From an uncultured bacterium (GTDB lineage Bacteria; Omnitrophota; Gorgyraeia; Duberdicusellales; CBEUCJ01), in contig CBEUCJ010000004.1 in assembly GCA_965541615.1 (NCBI GenBank), positions 21,167 to 85,166 of the forward strand: a stretch of DNA of 64,000 bases, read 5' to 3'. Every line of letters begins with the position of its first letter. Within the stretch, counting starts at the first letter, position 1. The position numbers were made by a program, and so were the translations under genes. The notes beneath the pieces are model-generated. The model was given only the letters and a program-made list of their open reading frames with translations. It was not told where the DNA came from and made no database searches. Of this stretch, positions 1 through 9,630 are shown piece by piece.

Positions 1-709
1 ACCTATTGCTCAAAAATGTGCAGAAGTATTTATGAAGAGGCATCCTGAAGCAAACATTTCAGTGCGTGGTGGAGGTTCAGGGGTAGGCATTGCTGCTTTA
101 ATTGATGGGATATGTGACATTGCTGATTCTTCCCGTCCTATGAAAGATAAGGAAATTAAGAAAGCTTTAGAAAAAGGAGTTAATCCTGTTGCTCACGTCA
201 TAGCTATGGATGGGATTGCAGTAATTGTTCATCCTTCAAATCCAGTTAATGAACTTACACTCACTCAACTTAAAGATATCTATACTGGCAAAATATCTAA
301 CTGGGCTGAATTAGGAGGAAAAAACCAAAAAATAGTTGTTATATCGCGTGATGTTGCTTCAGGAACATTTGAATGTTTTAAAAAGTTAGTTTTAAAAAAA
401 GAACGTGTGCGTCCAGATGCTCTGCTTCAGGCTTCAAATGCAGCAGTCCTTTCAGTTGTTAAACGAACAGAAGGAGCTATTGGTTATGTGGGATTGGGGT
501 ATTTGAATTCAGAAGTTAAAGCTTTAAAGATTGAGGGGGTTTTTCCTTCAGAAGATACTGTATTAAAAGGCACCTATCCTATCTCAAGACCCTTATTTAT
601 GTATACCAACGGCAAACCAAAAGGATTAGCAAAAGATTTTATTGATTTTGTTTTAAGTAAAGAAGGACAAAAAATAGTTAAAGAACAGGGTTTTATTCCT
701 TTAAAGTAA
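1..709 (+). CDS. pstS: Phosphate ABC transporter substrate-binding protein PstS (5' end cut by window edge)
   Basis: PstS/PBP family sequence (…GGGSGVGI…RPM…); followed by pstC/pstA/pstB/phoU in canonical order. Confidence 0.85.
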   Translation, partial: PIAQKCAEVFMKRHPEANISVRGGGSGVGIAALIDGICDIADSSRPMKDKEIKKALEKGVNPVAHVIAMDGIAVIVHPSNPVNELTLTQLKDIYTGKISNWAELGGKNQKIVVISRDVASGTFECFKKLVLKKERVRPDALLQASNAAVLSVVKRTEGAIGYVGLGYLNSEVKALKIEGVFPSEDTVLKGTYPISRPLFMYTNGKPKGLAKDFIDFVLSKEGQKIVKEQGFIPLK

Positions 710-711
710 GT

Positions 712-1587
712 ATGAGGAAAGTAAAAGAAAATTTAATTAAAGGATTTTTTTGTCTGTTTGCTTCTCTTTCCATTTTCTTTCTTTTAGGGATCGTTATAGT
801 TTTATTTAAAGAAGGGTTGCCAATTTTTAAAGTTACTTCTCTTAAAAAATTTCTATTTGGTAAATTCTGGTATCCTACTTCTGAGCCTCCTGAATTTGGG
901 ATATTACCTCTTATTTTAGGCTCTTTCTTAGTCACATTTGGAGCATTAGTTATTTCTGTGCCTTTAGGGGTAGCTTCTGCTATCTACATCTCAGAAATAG
1001 CTTCTCCTAAAATTAAGGAATTTATAAAACCTGTAATTGAACTTCTTGCAGGTATTCCTTCTGTAGTCTATGGATTTTTTGGAATGGTAGTTGTAGCACC
1101 TCAGATAGCAAAAATCTTTAATTTAGCTGTAGGATTAAACGCTTTTACAGCTTCTTTGATTTTGGGTATTATGGCAATCCCTACTATTACAAGTATCTCT
1201 GAAGATGCAATTTCAGCAGTCCCCAAAAGATTTAAAGAAGCTTCTTACGCTTTAGGAGCAAATAAATGGGAGACTGTTATAAAAGTAACTCTTCCTGCTG
1301 CAGGAGGAGGAATAACTACAGCTATTATTCTGGGTATAGCAAGAGTTATTGGTGAGACAATGACAGTGTTAATGGTTGCAGGAGGAGCTCCTGTTATTCC
1401 ACACTCTTTTTTTGAACCTGTGAGAACCATGACAGCTACTATTGCTGCTGAGATGGGAGAGACAGTTGTAGGAAGTGCGCATTTCTGTGCCCTTTTTGCT
1501 ATTGCTATAGTTCTTTTTTTAATTACTTTAAGTTTTAATATCCTTGCTGATGTTTTATCTCAAAGATTTAGAAAAAGATTGGGATGA
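712..1587 (+). CDS. pstC: Phosphate ABC transporter permease PstC
   Basis: 6-TM permease; EAS-Y-ALGA motif region; operon context. Confidence 0.85.
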   Translation: MRKVKENLIKGFFCLFASLSIFFLLGIVIVLFKEGLPIFKVTSLKKFLFGKFWYPTSEPPEFGILPLILGSFLVTFGALVISVPLGVASAIYISEIASPKIKEFIKPVIELLAGIPSVVYGFFGMVVVAPQIAKIFNLAVGLNAFTASLILGIMAIPTITSISEDAISAVPKRFKEASYALGANKWETVIKVTLPAAGGGITTAIILGIARVIGETMTVLMVAGGAPVIPHSFFEPVRTMTATIAAEMGETVVGSAHFCALFAIAIVLFLITLSFNILADVLSQRFRKRLG

Positions 1588-2435
1588 ATTTAAGAAAGAT
1601 TAAAGAATTTATTGGCTTTACGATTTTAAGATTAGCTACTTTTACTATTCTTTTTTCTCTTTTTACTATTTTTTACTTTATAAGCATCAGGGGAATAAAA
1701 GTAATAAACTGGCAGTTTTTAACTCAAGTGCCTTCTCAAGGAATGACTTCTGGAGGAATTTTTCCTGCAATTTTGGGAACATTTTATTTAACTCTTTGTG
1801 CGGTTTGTTTTTCTTTACCTTTAGGAGTTGCAGCAGCTATATATTTAGCTGAATACGCAAAAGAAGGAAAGTTGGTAAGAATAATTCGCATTGGAATAAA
1901 TAATCTTGCTGGTGTTCCTTCTATAGTATTTGGGCTTTTTGGATTAGCAGTCTTTGTTAAATATCTTGGTTTTGGTGTATCAATTTTATCTGGTGGACTT
2001 ACTTTGGGGATATTGATTTTGCCTGTGATTATTCGTGCTTCTGAAGAAGCAATATTGGCTGTTCCAAAGTTTTTAAGAGAAGCCTCATTAGCTTTAGGAG
2101 CAACTAAATGGCAGACTATTTACAGAGTCGTTTTACCAAATGCTCTTCCAGGAATTTTGACTGGTGCAATATTAGGAATTGGAAGAGCTGCAGGTGAGAC
2201 TGCTCCTATACTTTTTACTGCAGTTACATTTTATTCAGCAAAGCTTCCTACTTCAATCTTTAGTGAAGTTCAGGCGCTTCCATATCACATTTATGCTTTA
2301 ATGACTGAAGGCACACACCCTGAGCTTCAGGTCCCTATTGCTTATGGAACAGCTTTAGTTTTACTCTTTTTAGTTTTGGGTATAGATTTGGTTGCTATTG
2401 TTATACGTAAAAGAGCGAGAAAAAGAAAATGGTAG
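1584..2435 (+). CDS. pstA: Phosphate ABC transporter permease PstA
   Basis: Paralogous permease with EAxxALGAT motif; overlaps pstC stop (translational coupling). Confidence 0.85.
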   Translation: MNLRKIKEFIGFTILRLATFTILFSLFTIFYFISIRGIKVINWQFLTQVPSQGMTSGGIFPAILGTFYLTLCAVCFSLPLGVAAAIYLAEYAKEGKLVRIIRIGINNLAGVPSIVFGLFGLAVFVKYLGFGVSILSGGLTLGILILPVIIRASEEAILAVPKFLREASLALGATKWQTIYRVVLPNALPGILTGAILGIGRAAGETAPILFTAVTFYSAKLPTSIFSEVQALPYHIYALMTEGTHPELQVPIAYGTALVLLFLVLGIDLVAIVIRKRARKRKW

Positions 2436-3205
2436 AAAAAATCACCAGTAAAAAAGATGTTAAAATCTCTATTCGTAATTTAAATATCTGGTATCAAGAT
2501 ACACATGTAATAAAGAATGTAAATCTTGATATTGAGAAGAATAAAGTTACAGCAATTATTGGTCCTTCAGGTTGTGGTAAATCCACACTTATAAAATCAA
2601 TAAATAGAATGCTGGATATAATACCTGAGGCAAAAGTAAAGGGTACAATTTTATTAGATGGTCAAAATATTTATGATATTGATGAGACAATTTTAAGAAA
2701 AAGAATAGGGATGGTATTTCAGATGCCTAATCCTTTTCCTAAATCTATATTTGAGAATGTTGCTTATGGATTAAAGATTCATAAGATGTTTAAAGATAAA
2801 CAAGATCTTTATTTTAAAGTTGAAAAGGCATTGAAACAAGCTGCTTTATGGGATGAGGTTAAAGATAATCTTGATAAATTTGCTTTAGATTTATCTGGAG
2901 GCCAACAGCAGAGATTATGTATTGCTCGGTGTATTGCTCTTGAACCAGAAGTTATATTATTTGATGAACCATGTTCTGCTTTGGATCCGGTTGCTACTGC
3001 AAAGATTGAGGAGTTGATTGAAAATTTAAAGAGAAATTATACAATAGTAATCGTTACTCACAATATGCAACAGGCAGCCAGGATTTCAGATTACACTGCT
3101 TTTTTATACTTGGGGAATTTGGTTGAATTTGGTCCTACACAAAAAATATTTACTACTCCTCAAAATAAATTGACTGAGAGGTATTTAACAGGTAGATTTG
3201 GATAA
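2429..3205 (+). CDS. pstB: Phosphate ABC transporter ATP-binding protein PstB
   Basis: Walker [18 protein letters not shown] signature; context. Confidence 0.9.
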   Translation: MVEKITSKKDVKISIRNLNIWYQDTHVIKNVNLDIEKNKVTAIIGPSGCGKSTLIKSINRMLDIIPEAKVKGTILLDGQNIYDIDETILRKRIGMVFQMPNPFPKSIFENVAYGLKIHKMFKDKQDLYFKVEKALKQAALWDEVKDNLDKFALDLSGGQQQRLCIARCIALEPEVILFDEPCSALDPVATAKIEELIENLKRNYTIVIVTHNMQQAARISDYTAFLYLGNLVEFGPTQKIFTTPQNKLTERYLTGRFG

Positions 3206-3217
3206 AAAGGAGAGGTT

Positions 3218-3868
3218 ATGTTAGAAGAAAAATTAAACGAATTAAAGAAAAAATTAATTGAGGAAGCAAACTTAGCTCAAGATATGGTTAAAAAATCAAT
3301 TGAGGGGCTTATTAAAAAAAGAAAAGAAATTTTAGAAAAGGTAACTAAAGAATATGAACCTAAAATGAATGAGTTAGAAATAGAATTAGATGAATTATGC
3401 ACAAATTTAATTGCTCTTTATCAGCCAGAAGCAGGAGATTTAAGGACCATTCTTATGATTTTAAAGATGAATAATGATTTAGAAAGGATTGGAGATTTAG
3501 CAGTAAATATATCTGAAAGTGCTTTATATTTAATAGAAAAACCACCCGTTAAACCTTTAATTGACATTCCCAGAATGGCAGAAGAATCTATAGATATGTT
3601 AAAAAATGCAATTAACTCTTTTATAAATAAAGATGCAAATTTAGCAAAATCTGTATGTGAGAAAGATAGTGTTGTTGACAATTTAAGAGACCAGATTTTA
3701 AGAGAATTGATCACTTACATGAGTTCTGATCCTTCTACCATTGAGCGCTCAATCCACCTAATAAGAATCTCACGCTGTTTAGAACGCATAGCTGATTTAT
3801 CCACAAATATCTGTGAAGATGTAATATTTATGGTAGAAGGAAAAATTATAAAGCACCATAAAGAATAA
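3218..3868 (+). CDS. phoU: Phosphate uptake regulator PhoU
   Basis: Two PhoU repeats; follows pstB; RBS GGAGAGG upstream. Confidence 0.85.
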   Translation: MLEEKLNELKKKLIEEANLAQDMVKKSIEGLIKKRKEILEKVTKEYEPKMNELEIELDELCTNLIALYQPEAGDLRTILMILKMNNDLERIGDLAVNISESALYLIEKPPVKPLIDIPRMAEESIDMLKNAINSFINKDANLAKSVCEKDSVVDNLRDQILRELITYMSSDPSTIERSIHLIRISRCLERIADLSTNICEDVIFMVEGKIIKHHKE

Positions 3869-4030
3869 AGGATAAAAAAAGACTTTTGAATTTTGGTTTT
3901 GCTCTGTTTGTTATATAATAAGTTATGAAGTCGGTATTGATGAAGGAGCAGATGATAGCATTGAACATACATATCTAACTTTTGTGCTTGATACTCTATT
4001 CAAATTCAGTCTAAAGGTTAAAGTTTAAAT

Positions 4031-4051
4031 ATGCTTAGATTAGTTAAGCAT
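4031..4051. repeat. Perfect 7-bp inverted repeat ATGCTTA-N7-TAAGCAT between phoU and the methyltransferase gene
   Basis: Seen directly in sequence; no clear U-tract, so either weak terminator or operator. Confidence 0.3.
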
Positions 4052-4054
4052 TAG

Positions 4055-4939
4055 TTGAAGATAGTTTTTATGAGTGAGACAAACAGAAAAATAAAAGTGG
4101 AGGCGAATCTAACTAATACAGAATTACTGCAAATAAAAAAGGGAAGTGTATTCTTTGAAGCAAAAGAAGGAAAGATTAAGATAATTCATGACGATTTTTT
4201 AATGACAAACTTGATTAAAGAAAATTCAATCGATTTAATAGTAACTTCTCCTCCATATAATGTGGATATTCATTATAATTCATTTCAAGATGATATTCCT
4301 TATGAGAGATACCTTGAATTTACAGAAAAATGGTTAAAAAAGGCATTTACTTTAACAAAACCAGATGGAAGGATGTGTCTAAATATACCTTTAGATAAAA
4401 GCAAAGGTAGAAAAGGAGCAGGGTTTCAGACAGTTTATGCTGATATAGTAAATATTGCTAAAAAAGTAGGTTGGAAGTATTTTTCAACAATAATATGGAA
4501 TGAAGGGAATATATCCAGAAGAACTGCTTGGGGATCTTGGTTAAGTGCCAGAGCTCCTTATGTTATTGCTCCTGTGGAAGTAATTATAATTTTTTATAAA
4601 GAAAGATGGCAAAGGATAAAAAATGGGGAATCAGATATAAAAAGAGAGGAGTTTGTGGAATGGACTAATGGATTATGGACATTTCCAGGAGAAAGTAAGA
4701 AAAAAGTCGGACATCCTGCACCTTTTCCCGTCGAATTACCCAAAAGATGTATTAAACTCTTCAGTTTTGTAGGTGATACTGTATTAGATCCATTCTTAGG
4801 AAGCGGAAGTACTTTAATTGCATGTGCTTTATTAGACAGAAAGGGGATTGGAGTGGAGATAGATAAAAATTATTGCAAATTAGCTAAAAATAGATTGATA
4901 AAGGAATGTAAGATAAACCAGAAAAAGTTATGGGAATAA
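4055..4939 (+). CDS. DNA methyltransferase, beta-class amino-MTase (SPPY motif IV before FxGSG motif I), probably N4-cytosine
   Basis: Motifs SPPY (cat.) and DPFLGSGST (SAM binding) in beta-class order; ORF opens with TTG at 4055, first ATG at 4070. Confidence 0.75.
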   Translation: MKIVFMSETNRKIKVEANLTNTELLQIKKGSVFFEAKEGKIKIIHDDFLMTNLIKENSIDLIVTSPPYNVDIHYNSFQDDIPYERYLEFTEKWLKKAFTLTKPDGRMCLNIPLDKSKGRKGAGFQTVYADIVNIAKKVGWKYFSTIIWNEGNISRRTAWGSWLSARAPYVIAPVEVIIIFYKERWQRIKNGESDIKREEFVEWTNGLWTFPGESKKKVGHPAPFPVELPKRCIKLFSFVGDTVLDPFLGSGSTLIACALLDRKGIGVEIDKNYCKLAKNRLIKECKINQKKLWE

Positions 4940-5210
4940 TCAAATAAGAAAAGGATTTAAATGTAAAAAAGAAATATTAGAAAAATTAAAAGAGTGTTAC
5001 AATAGTATAGTAAGAAATAAATTCAGAGGAAGTTTCTTAGATGCGCTAAAAAATTTTGATTCTTTAGCTGAAAAGGAACTTCGTAAAATACTTATAAATT
5101 ATTATTCGAACCAGCGTAGTCAGGATCAAGCATGGAAAACATGTAAAGGTTCACTATACGAATATGCAGTTTTTAAATATATACAAAATGTTGTAGAAAA
5201 AGATAAAAAA

Positions 5211-5687
5211 TTGAAAAACAAGATTATAGCTATAATGGGAGAAGAGGCTTTAAATGCATATAAAGATCAGATAGTTATTAAAAACTGGTGCGATATTTTC
5301 CCTGATGTAGACATTCTTGTAATCGAAAAACAGACCAATTCAGTAATAGCTATTTTATCATGTAAAACCAGCTTAAGAGAAAGATTGACAGAGACAGCTT
5401 TTTGGAGAAGAGAACTTGAAAAGAAAAGGAGTACGAAAAAAATAAAGTTAGTTTTTATAACTACAGACAAGGATAATGAATTAAAGACAGAAACAAATCG
5501 TTATGTCCTCTTACATGTAGTTGACCATACTTTTATAACAGATCCAAAGAAATATAATGAATTGATAGAAGCATATAAAAAGAAATATGGTAATCGAGAT
5601 GATTTCTATAAACTTCTTATAAAAATTGAATTTATAGATAAAATAAAGGGCTTTATAGAGCTTCTTCTAAATAGGCAAAATAATTGA
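5211..5687 (+). CDS. Putative restriction endonuclease partner of the MTase (start unresolved; the same frame is open from 4917 with no start codon)
   Basis: Adjacent and co-oriented with MTase; D…(D/E)xK-like segment (DVDILVIEKQ); about 98 stop-free upstream codons in an AT-rich genome. Confidence 0.35.
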   Translation: MKNKIIAIMGEEALNAYKDQIVIKNWCDIFPDVDILVIEKQTNSVIAILSCKTSLRERLTETAFWRRELEKKRSTKKIKLVFITTDKDNELKTETNRYVLLHVVDHTFITDPKKYNELIEAYKKKYGNRDDFYKLLIKIEFIDKIKGFIELLLNRQNN

Positions 5688-5768
5688 ATATAATGCGACT
5701 GCTTTAGCCTGTGTTTTATTAACACTTACTTTTCTCACAAGATAGTTTAGAATAAAAAGTAAATCTTA

Positions 5769-8700
5769 TTACTCTGAGAATATTTCTTTAAATATCTTTT
5801 TCTTCCATTTTTTGTATATCTTTTCCCACAGTTGCATCCATACTCCATGGACAGAGATTTGTTTGGTAACTTCATTGTTAGTTTCATTTACTTCACCTAT
5901 TTGGTTTTCAGGGTCTACTATTACTTTAAAGATCAGAGGTCCTGGTGTTTGTGGAGTATAAGAGAATGAGAAAGAAGATGAAGAGTTAGCTTTAAGTCTT
6001 GGTAAAATTTTGGTATGAATAGGAGTATTGTTTGCTTTGACCAGAACTTTAACATTGTTTAAGTCTATTTTCCCTGCGTTATGTACAGTTATAAATAAAT
6101 TAACAGGTTCTCTCACATTTACTTTCAGAGAAGGCTTTAAGATAAAATCTTGAGGATAAATGCTTAAATCTGCTCCTTTTTCTTGGAAATAGTAAGGAGG
6201 ATACTCTCCTCCTTTTACATAAAAATAACTCTCCTTTGTTATTTCTCTTACTATCTTACCAAAATATACTTGAGCAGTAGCGCGAATCTTAAATTTCCCT
6301 GGATATACTGCTTTATAAGGAAAAGTAACTTGGAACTCTCCTTTATTTACAACAGATGGCCAAACTTTTACATAACTTGCATATCCAAATTTAGGATCTC
6401 TTTCTTTTTCAACATTGATGATCTCTATTTTTACCACAATATTTCTTAAACTCCTTCCAGAGATGTTTTTAAATTGCGCACCTATACTTTTAGTTTCTCC
6501 TACTTTTATAGGAGTATCAGTTCCCCAAAATTTTGTAACCATAAGAGGAATTCTTTTCTGTATTTCTTTTTCTTTCTGCTTTCTTTTATATGCTTGTTGG
6601 ACTGCTTTTTCAAAATTTCCATAAGTATAAGTTACTTCATTGTTATCTTCATTTACTTCTCTTACTCTATTATAGGGATCAACACTGATCACCATTTTAA
6701 AAGGAGGCTTTTGTGAGTAATTTATAGAAAAATCACGATACTTTTTTGCAGGTATTATTCTTGCAAAACTTGCCAAAACTTTAGATTTTACTTCATTTTC
6801 TTCTATATAAAAAACTTTAAATTTAACCAAAGCAGTTGCAGATTTGGTACCTCTATTAAACACTCTAACTTTACAGCTCTTTCTATCAAGCTTGACATCT
6901 TCTTTTCTTAATACAAAATCGACTCCTTTAACAGGTAGAAATTCTGGAACAGATATTTTTTTGGAGATAACATTATCTTTTTCATTTAGATCTTTGTATC
7001 CTTTTGTTTTAAGAATAGCTTTTATTATGTGAGTTCCACTCTCAGCTTTCCATACAATTAAGTCATTTTCTGGTTTACCATCACCAATTATTATCTTTTC
7101 TCCTGCAGGAATCTTTGTAGAGATATGTTTTATTAATGCAGAATCTACATAAACAAAAATATCTACAGGAGCTTTTGCCTTTCCTTTATTACTAACATTG
7201 ATAAGAAATTTAACTTCATCTTTAGCTTGAAAAGATTCAGGATTAAATTCTAATGAATCTATAGATAAATCATACTCAGGTAAACCAACCTCAACAGTAA
7301 AATAAATACTATTGTTTGATTCATTAAGTTCAGATATTGAATTGTGGGGGTCTACTGTAACTTTAAATGTATATTTGCGAGCTTTATCGAAAGTATATTG
7401 AATACTCGCTATTCTATAAGAGTTTCTTTTAATATAAGGAATGAAAACAGAAGTTATAGGTTTACCATCCTTTTCAAATAAAACATGCACATTTTTTGCA
7501 GGTCTATTTCCAAAGTTATAAACTTTCACCCATATTCTGGTTGGAACTCCTATTTGAGGAGCACCTCCTTTTTCAGATTCTACTCCAAAACCAGGTTCTG
7601 CCAATTTTCCAGAGATTTCTTCAGTTTGTAATAAAAGGTCAGGTTCTGGTGCTATATATACAGACTCATAAGCAGAATTGTTATTTTCCTTAAGTTCATC
7701 GATCTTATTTTCAGAGTCGACTATAGCAACAAATTTGTGTTTACCTGTTCTTTTTATATTGTATGCAGTTTCAATAGCTATAGATTCCTCTTTTTTTAAT
7801 TCTTTTATTATCTGCTTAAAGATAATTTTCCCTCCACATTTGATAACAAAAGGAATTTCTGAAGCATCTATTGCTCCTTTATTTTCAATCACAGCTTTAA
7901 TATTTATTGATTCATCTAATTTAGGTTTTGAAGGAGTAATATCTATAGATTTTACAGTTAAATCAGGACGATTAGGGCCTACTCCTATAGGATAAGGAAG
8001 TCCTTCAGGTATCTCAATACTCACCTCTTTTATTCCTATCCCCCACTTACGTAGCTTTGGAACACTTTCACCTGAGAAACAACTTTTATGTTTATAAAAA
8101 TTTATACAAGCTCCTGCTTCGTTTACGGCTGCTCCTGCTGCAACTACAAGAGAATCAAGTGACACATAAACTCTATAAGTTTTTCCTGCCTCCACAGGTA
8201 CATTTTTAAATTCATACGTTATTTCTTTTGAAATTACTTCATCTGCATCTAAAGCATCTACAGTGTAATCTACAACATCTAATATAGTTCCTATACCTAC
8301 TACTCCTGTTGCTTCTTCTATAGCTTCACTTGCAACTGTTTGAGCGACTTCTTCAGCCCAATCTACCCATTCTTTTTTATTCGTTTTAGCCCAAATAACT
8401 TTTTCTACTATTGGTGAGTTTAAAGGACCTGTAGCTCCTTCATGGACTCCTACACTTATCTTTGCTTTATAAAAATTCTGACCACCAGCAAAAGAACTGG
8501 CATTAATTACTCCAAAAAGAGAGACTTTAAATCTAATATTTACTTTGAATTTTGTTCCAGGTTTTATATTAACGAAACCAAAGGTTTTATAATGATATGT
8601 TCTTAGAGAAGCACGGGCTCCACCTATCCAGGCAGTTGCTGAGCACCAGGATTTTATTCCTGGACTTCTTTGTTTCCATGCAAATTCAGCTGTAGCTTGA

Positions 8701-8843
8701 GCCCCAGATGGATCTTTTTTCTTTGATTCTTTATCTATGTAAACTCCTCCTCCATAAATTTCTGCTTTTTGAATAGGTTCTTTGGCATATATAAAAGGGA
8801 TGAAGATGATTATTAAGAATAAAATTACAGCTTTTTTCTTCAT
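5769..8843 (-). CDS. Large secreted surface protein with N-terminal signal peptide and at least 4-5 CARDB-like repeats
   Basis: Signal peptide MKKKAVILFLIIIFIPFIYA; repeated DP.N.I.E.NE.NN motifs typical of CARDB domains; only minus-strand gene in window. Confidence 0.7.
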   Translation of the reverse strand: MKKKAVILFLIIIFIPFIYAKEPIQKAEIYGGGVYIDKESKKKDPSGAQATAEFAWKQRSPGIKSWCSATAWIGGARASLRTYHYKTFGFVNIKPGTKFKVNIRFKVSLFGVINASSFAGGQNFYKAKISVGVHEGATGPLNSPIVEKVIWAKTNKKEWVDWAEEVAQTVASEAIEEATGVVGIGTILDVVDYTVDALDADEVISKEITYEFKNVPVEAGKTYRVYVSLDSLVVAAGAAVNEAGACINFYKHKSCFSGESVPKLRKWGIGIKEVSIEIPEGLPYPIGVGPNRPDLTVKSIDITPSKPKLDESINIKAVIENKGAIDASEIPFVIKCGGKIIFKQIIKELKKEESIAIETAYNIKRTGKHKFVAIVDSENKIDELKENNNSAYESVYIAPEPDLLLQTEEISGKLAEPGFGVESEKGGAPQIGVPTRIWVKVYNFGNRPAKNVHVLFEKDGKPITSVFIPYIKRNSYRIASIQYTFDKARKYTFKVTVDPHNSISELNESNNSIYFTVEVGLPEYDLSIDSLEFNPESFQAKDEVKFLINVSNKGKAKAPVDIFVYVDSALIKHISTKIPAGEKIIIGDGKPENDLIVWKAESGTHIIKAILKTKGYKDLNEKDNVISKKISVPEFLPVKGVDFVLRKEDVKLDRKSCKVRVFNRGTKSATALVKFKVFYIEENEVKSKVLASFARIIPAKKYRDFSINYSQKPPFKMVISVDPYNRVREVNEDNNEVTYTYGNFEKAVQQAYKRKQKEKEIQKRIPLMVTKFWGTDTPIKVGETKSIGAQFKNISGRSLRNIVVKIEIINVEKERDPKFGYASYVKVWPSVVNKGEFQVTFPYKAVYPGKFKIRATAQVYFGKIVREITKESYFYVKGGEYPPYYFQEKGADLSIYPQDFILKPSLKVNVREPVNLFITVHNAGKIDLNNVKVLVKANNTPIHTKILPRLKANSSSSFSFSYTPQTPGPLIFKVIVDPENQIGEVNETNNEVTKQISVHGVWMQLWEKIYKKWKKKIFKEIFSE

Positions 8844-8889
8844 TTTTGAATATTATTTTAACATAATTTTTTGTATAATTAAAATTACC

Positions 8890-9624
8890 ATGATGGAGAG
8901 AGAAGTGCATATTACTGCACGAGATTTGCTTAATTTTTTGCAATTTAAAGATGGTGATTTTGGAGAAATAGCTATCGTTAGTGGACAACCTCAAAGAGCT
9001 AAGATGATTTTAGAAAAATTAGAAAGACCTAAAAAGAATTTTACTTTTCTGACTTACACTTTTTGGACAGGTTTTTATAAAGAAAAAAGAGTTACAGTGG
9101 GAAACGCAGGATTTTATGCTCCAGATTCAGCGTTCTTAACTGAGATGCTATGTGAAGGAGGAGTAGAGGTTCTTATTAGGGTAGGGTCTTGTGGAGCTTT
9201 AAAAAGAGAGATAAAAATAGGTGATTTTATAATTGTAGATAAAGTATTAAGAGGAGATGGAGTAACTAAATATTATGTAGATGAAGATTTTTCTCCTATC
9301 TTAGATAAAGAGTTAATGCAGAATCTAAAATTAATCTTTGAAAGAGTAGGAAATGTGTATGTAGGTGGTGTATGGACTACAGATGCTTTACTTAGAGAGA
9401 AAAAAGAGATTGTAAATTTTTATATAGAAAAAGGAGCTATTAGTGTAGATATGGTAAGTAGCCCTTTTGTTGTAGTTTCTAATCTTTATAAAAAGAGAGT
9501 AGGAGTGGTTTTAATCGTTTCTGATAATCTTATTACTGGTGAGTTTGGTTTTAGAGATAATAGATTTTTTGAAGCTCAAAAAAAAGCAGCTGAAAACATT
9601 TTGAGAATAGTAGAACTCATATAA
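8890..9624 (+). CDS. Nucleoside phosphorylase family I protein (PNP/MTA phosphorylase-like)
   Basis: PNP_UDP_1-type sequence (…VSGQPQRAKM…GSCGAL…IGDFIIVD…); start taken at ATGATG 8890, not the upstream ATG at 8782. Confidence 0.7.
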   Translation: MMEREVHITARDLLNFLQFKDGDFGEIAIVSGQPQRAKMILEKLERPKKNFTFLTYTFWTGFYKEKRVTVGNAGFYAPDSAFLTEMLCEGGVEVLIRVGSCGALKREIKIGDFIIVDKVLRGDGVTKYYVDEDFSPILDKELMQNLKLIFERVGNVYVGGVWTTDALLREKKEIVNFYIEKGAISVDMVSSPFVVVSNLYKKRVGVVLIVSDNLITGEFGFRDNRFFEAQKKAAENILRIVELI

Positions 9625-9630
9625 ATAAAG

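Noticed and set aside
3715-3972. 85-aa - strand ORF and 17-aa + strand ORF in the phoU/MTase spacer
   Set aside because: Overlaps the phoU 3' end antisense; no RBS; composition non-protein-like.
4031-4051. Palindrome as a C-protein (controller) box of the R-M system
   Set aside because: No C-protein (small HTH) gene is present nearby. Kept only as a generic inverted repeat.
6183-7995. Several 60-105 aa + strand ORFs (6183, 6415, 6474, 6844, 7496, 7678) inside the CARDB gene
   Set aside because: They lie antisense within a long well-supported - strand gene. They have Phe/Ile/Ser low-complexity composition typical of AT-rich antisense frames, and no RBS.
8782-8889. Upstream ATG start (MAYIKGMKMII…) for the nucleoside phosphorylase
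   Set aside because: The N-terminal extension is hydrophobic junk over the divergent promoter region. The conserved PNP N-terminus begins at ATGATG 8890, preceded by a TGTATAAT -10-like element.
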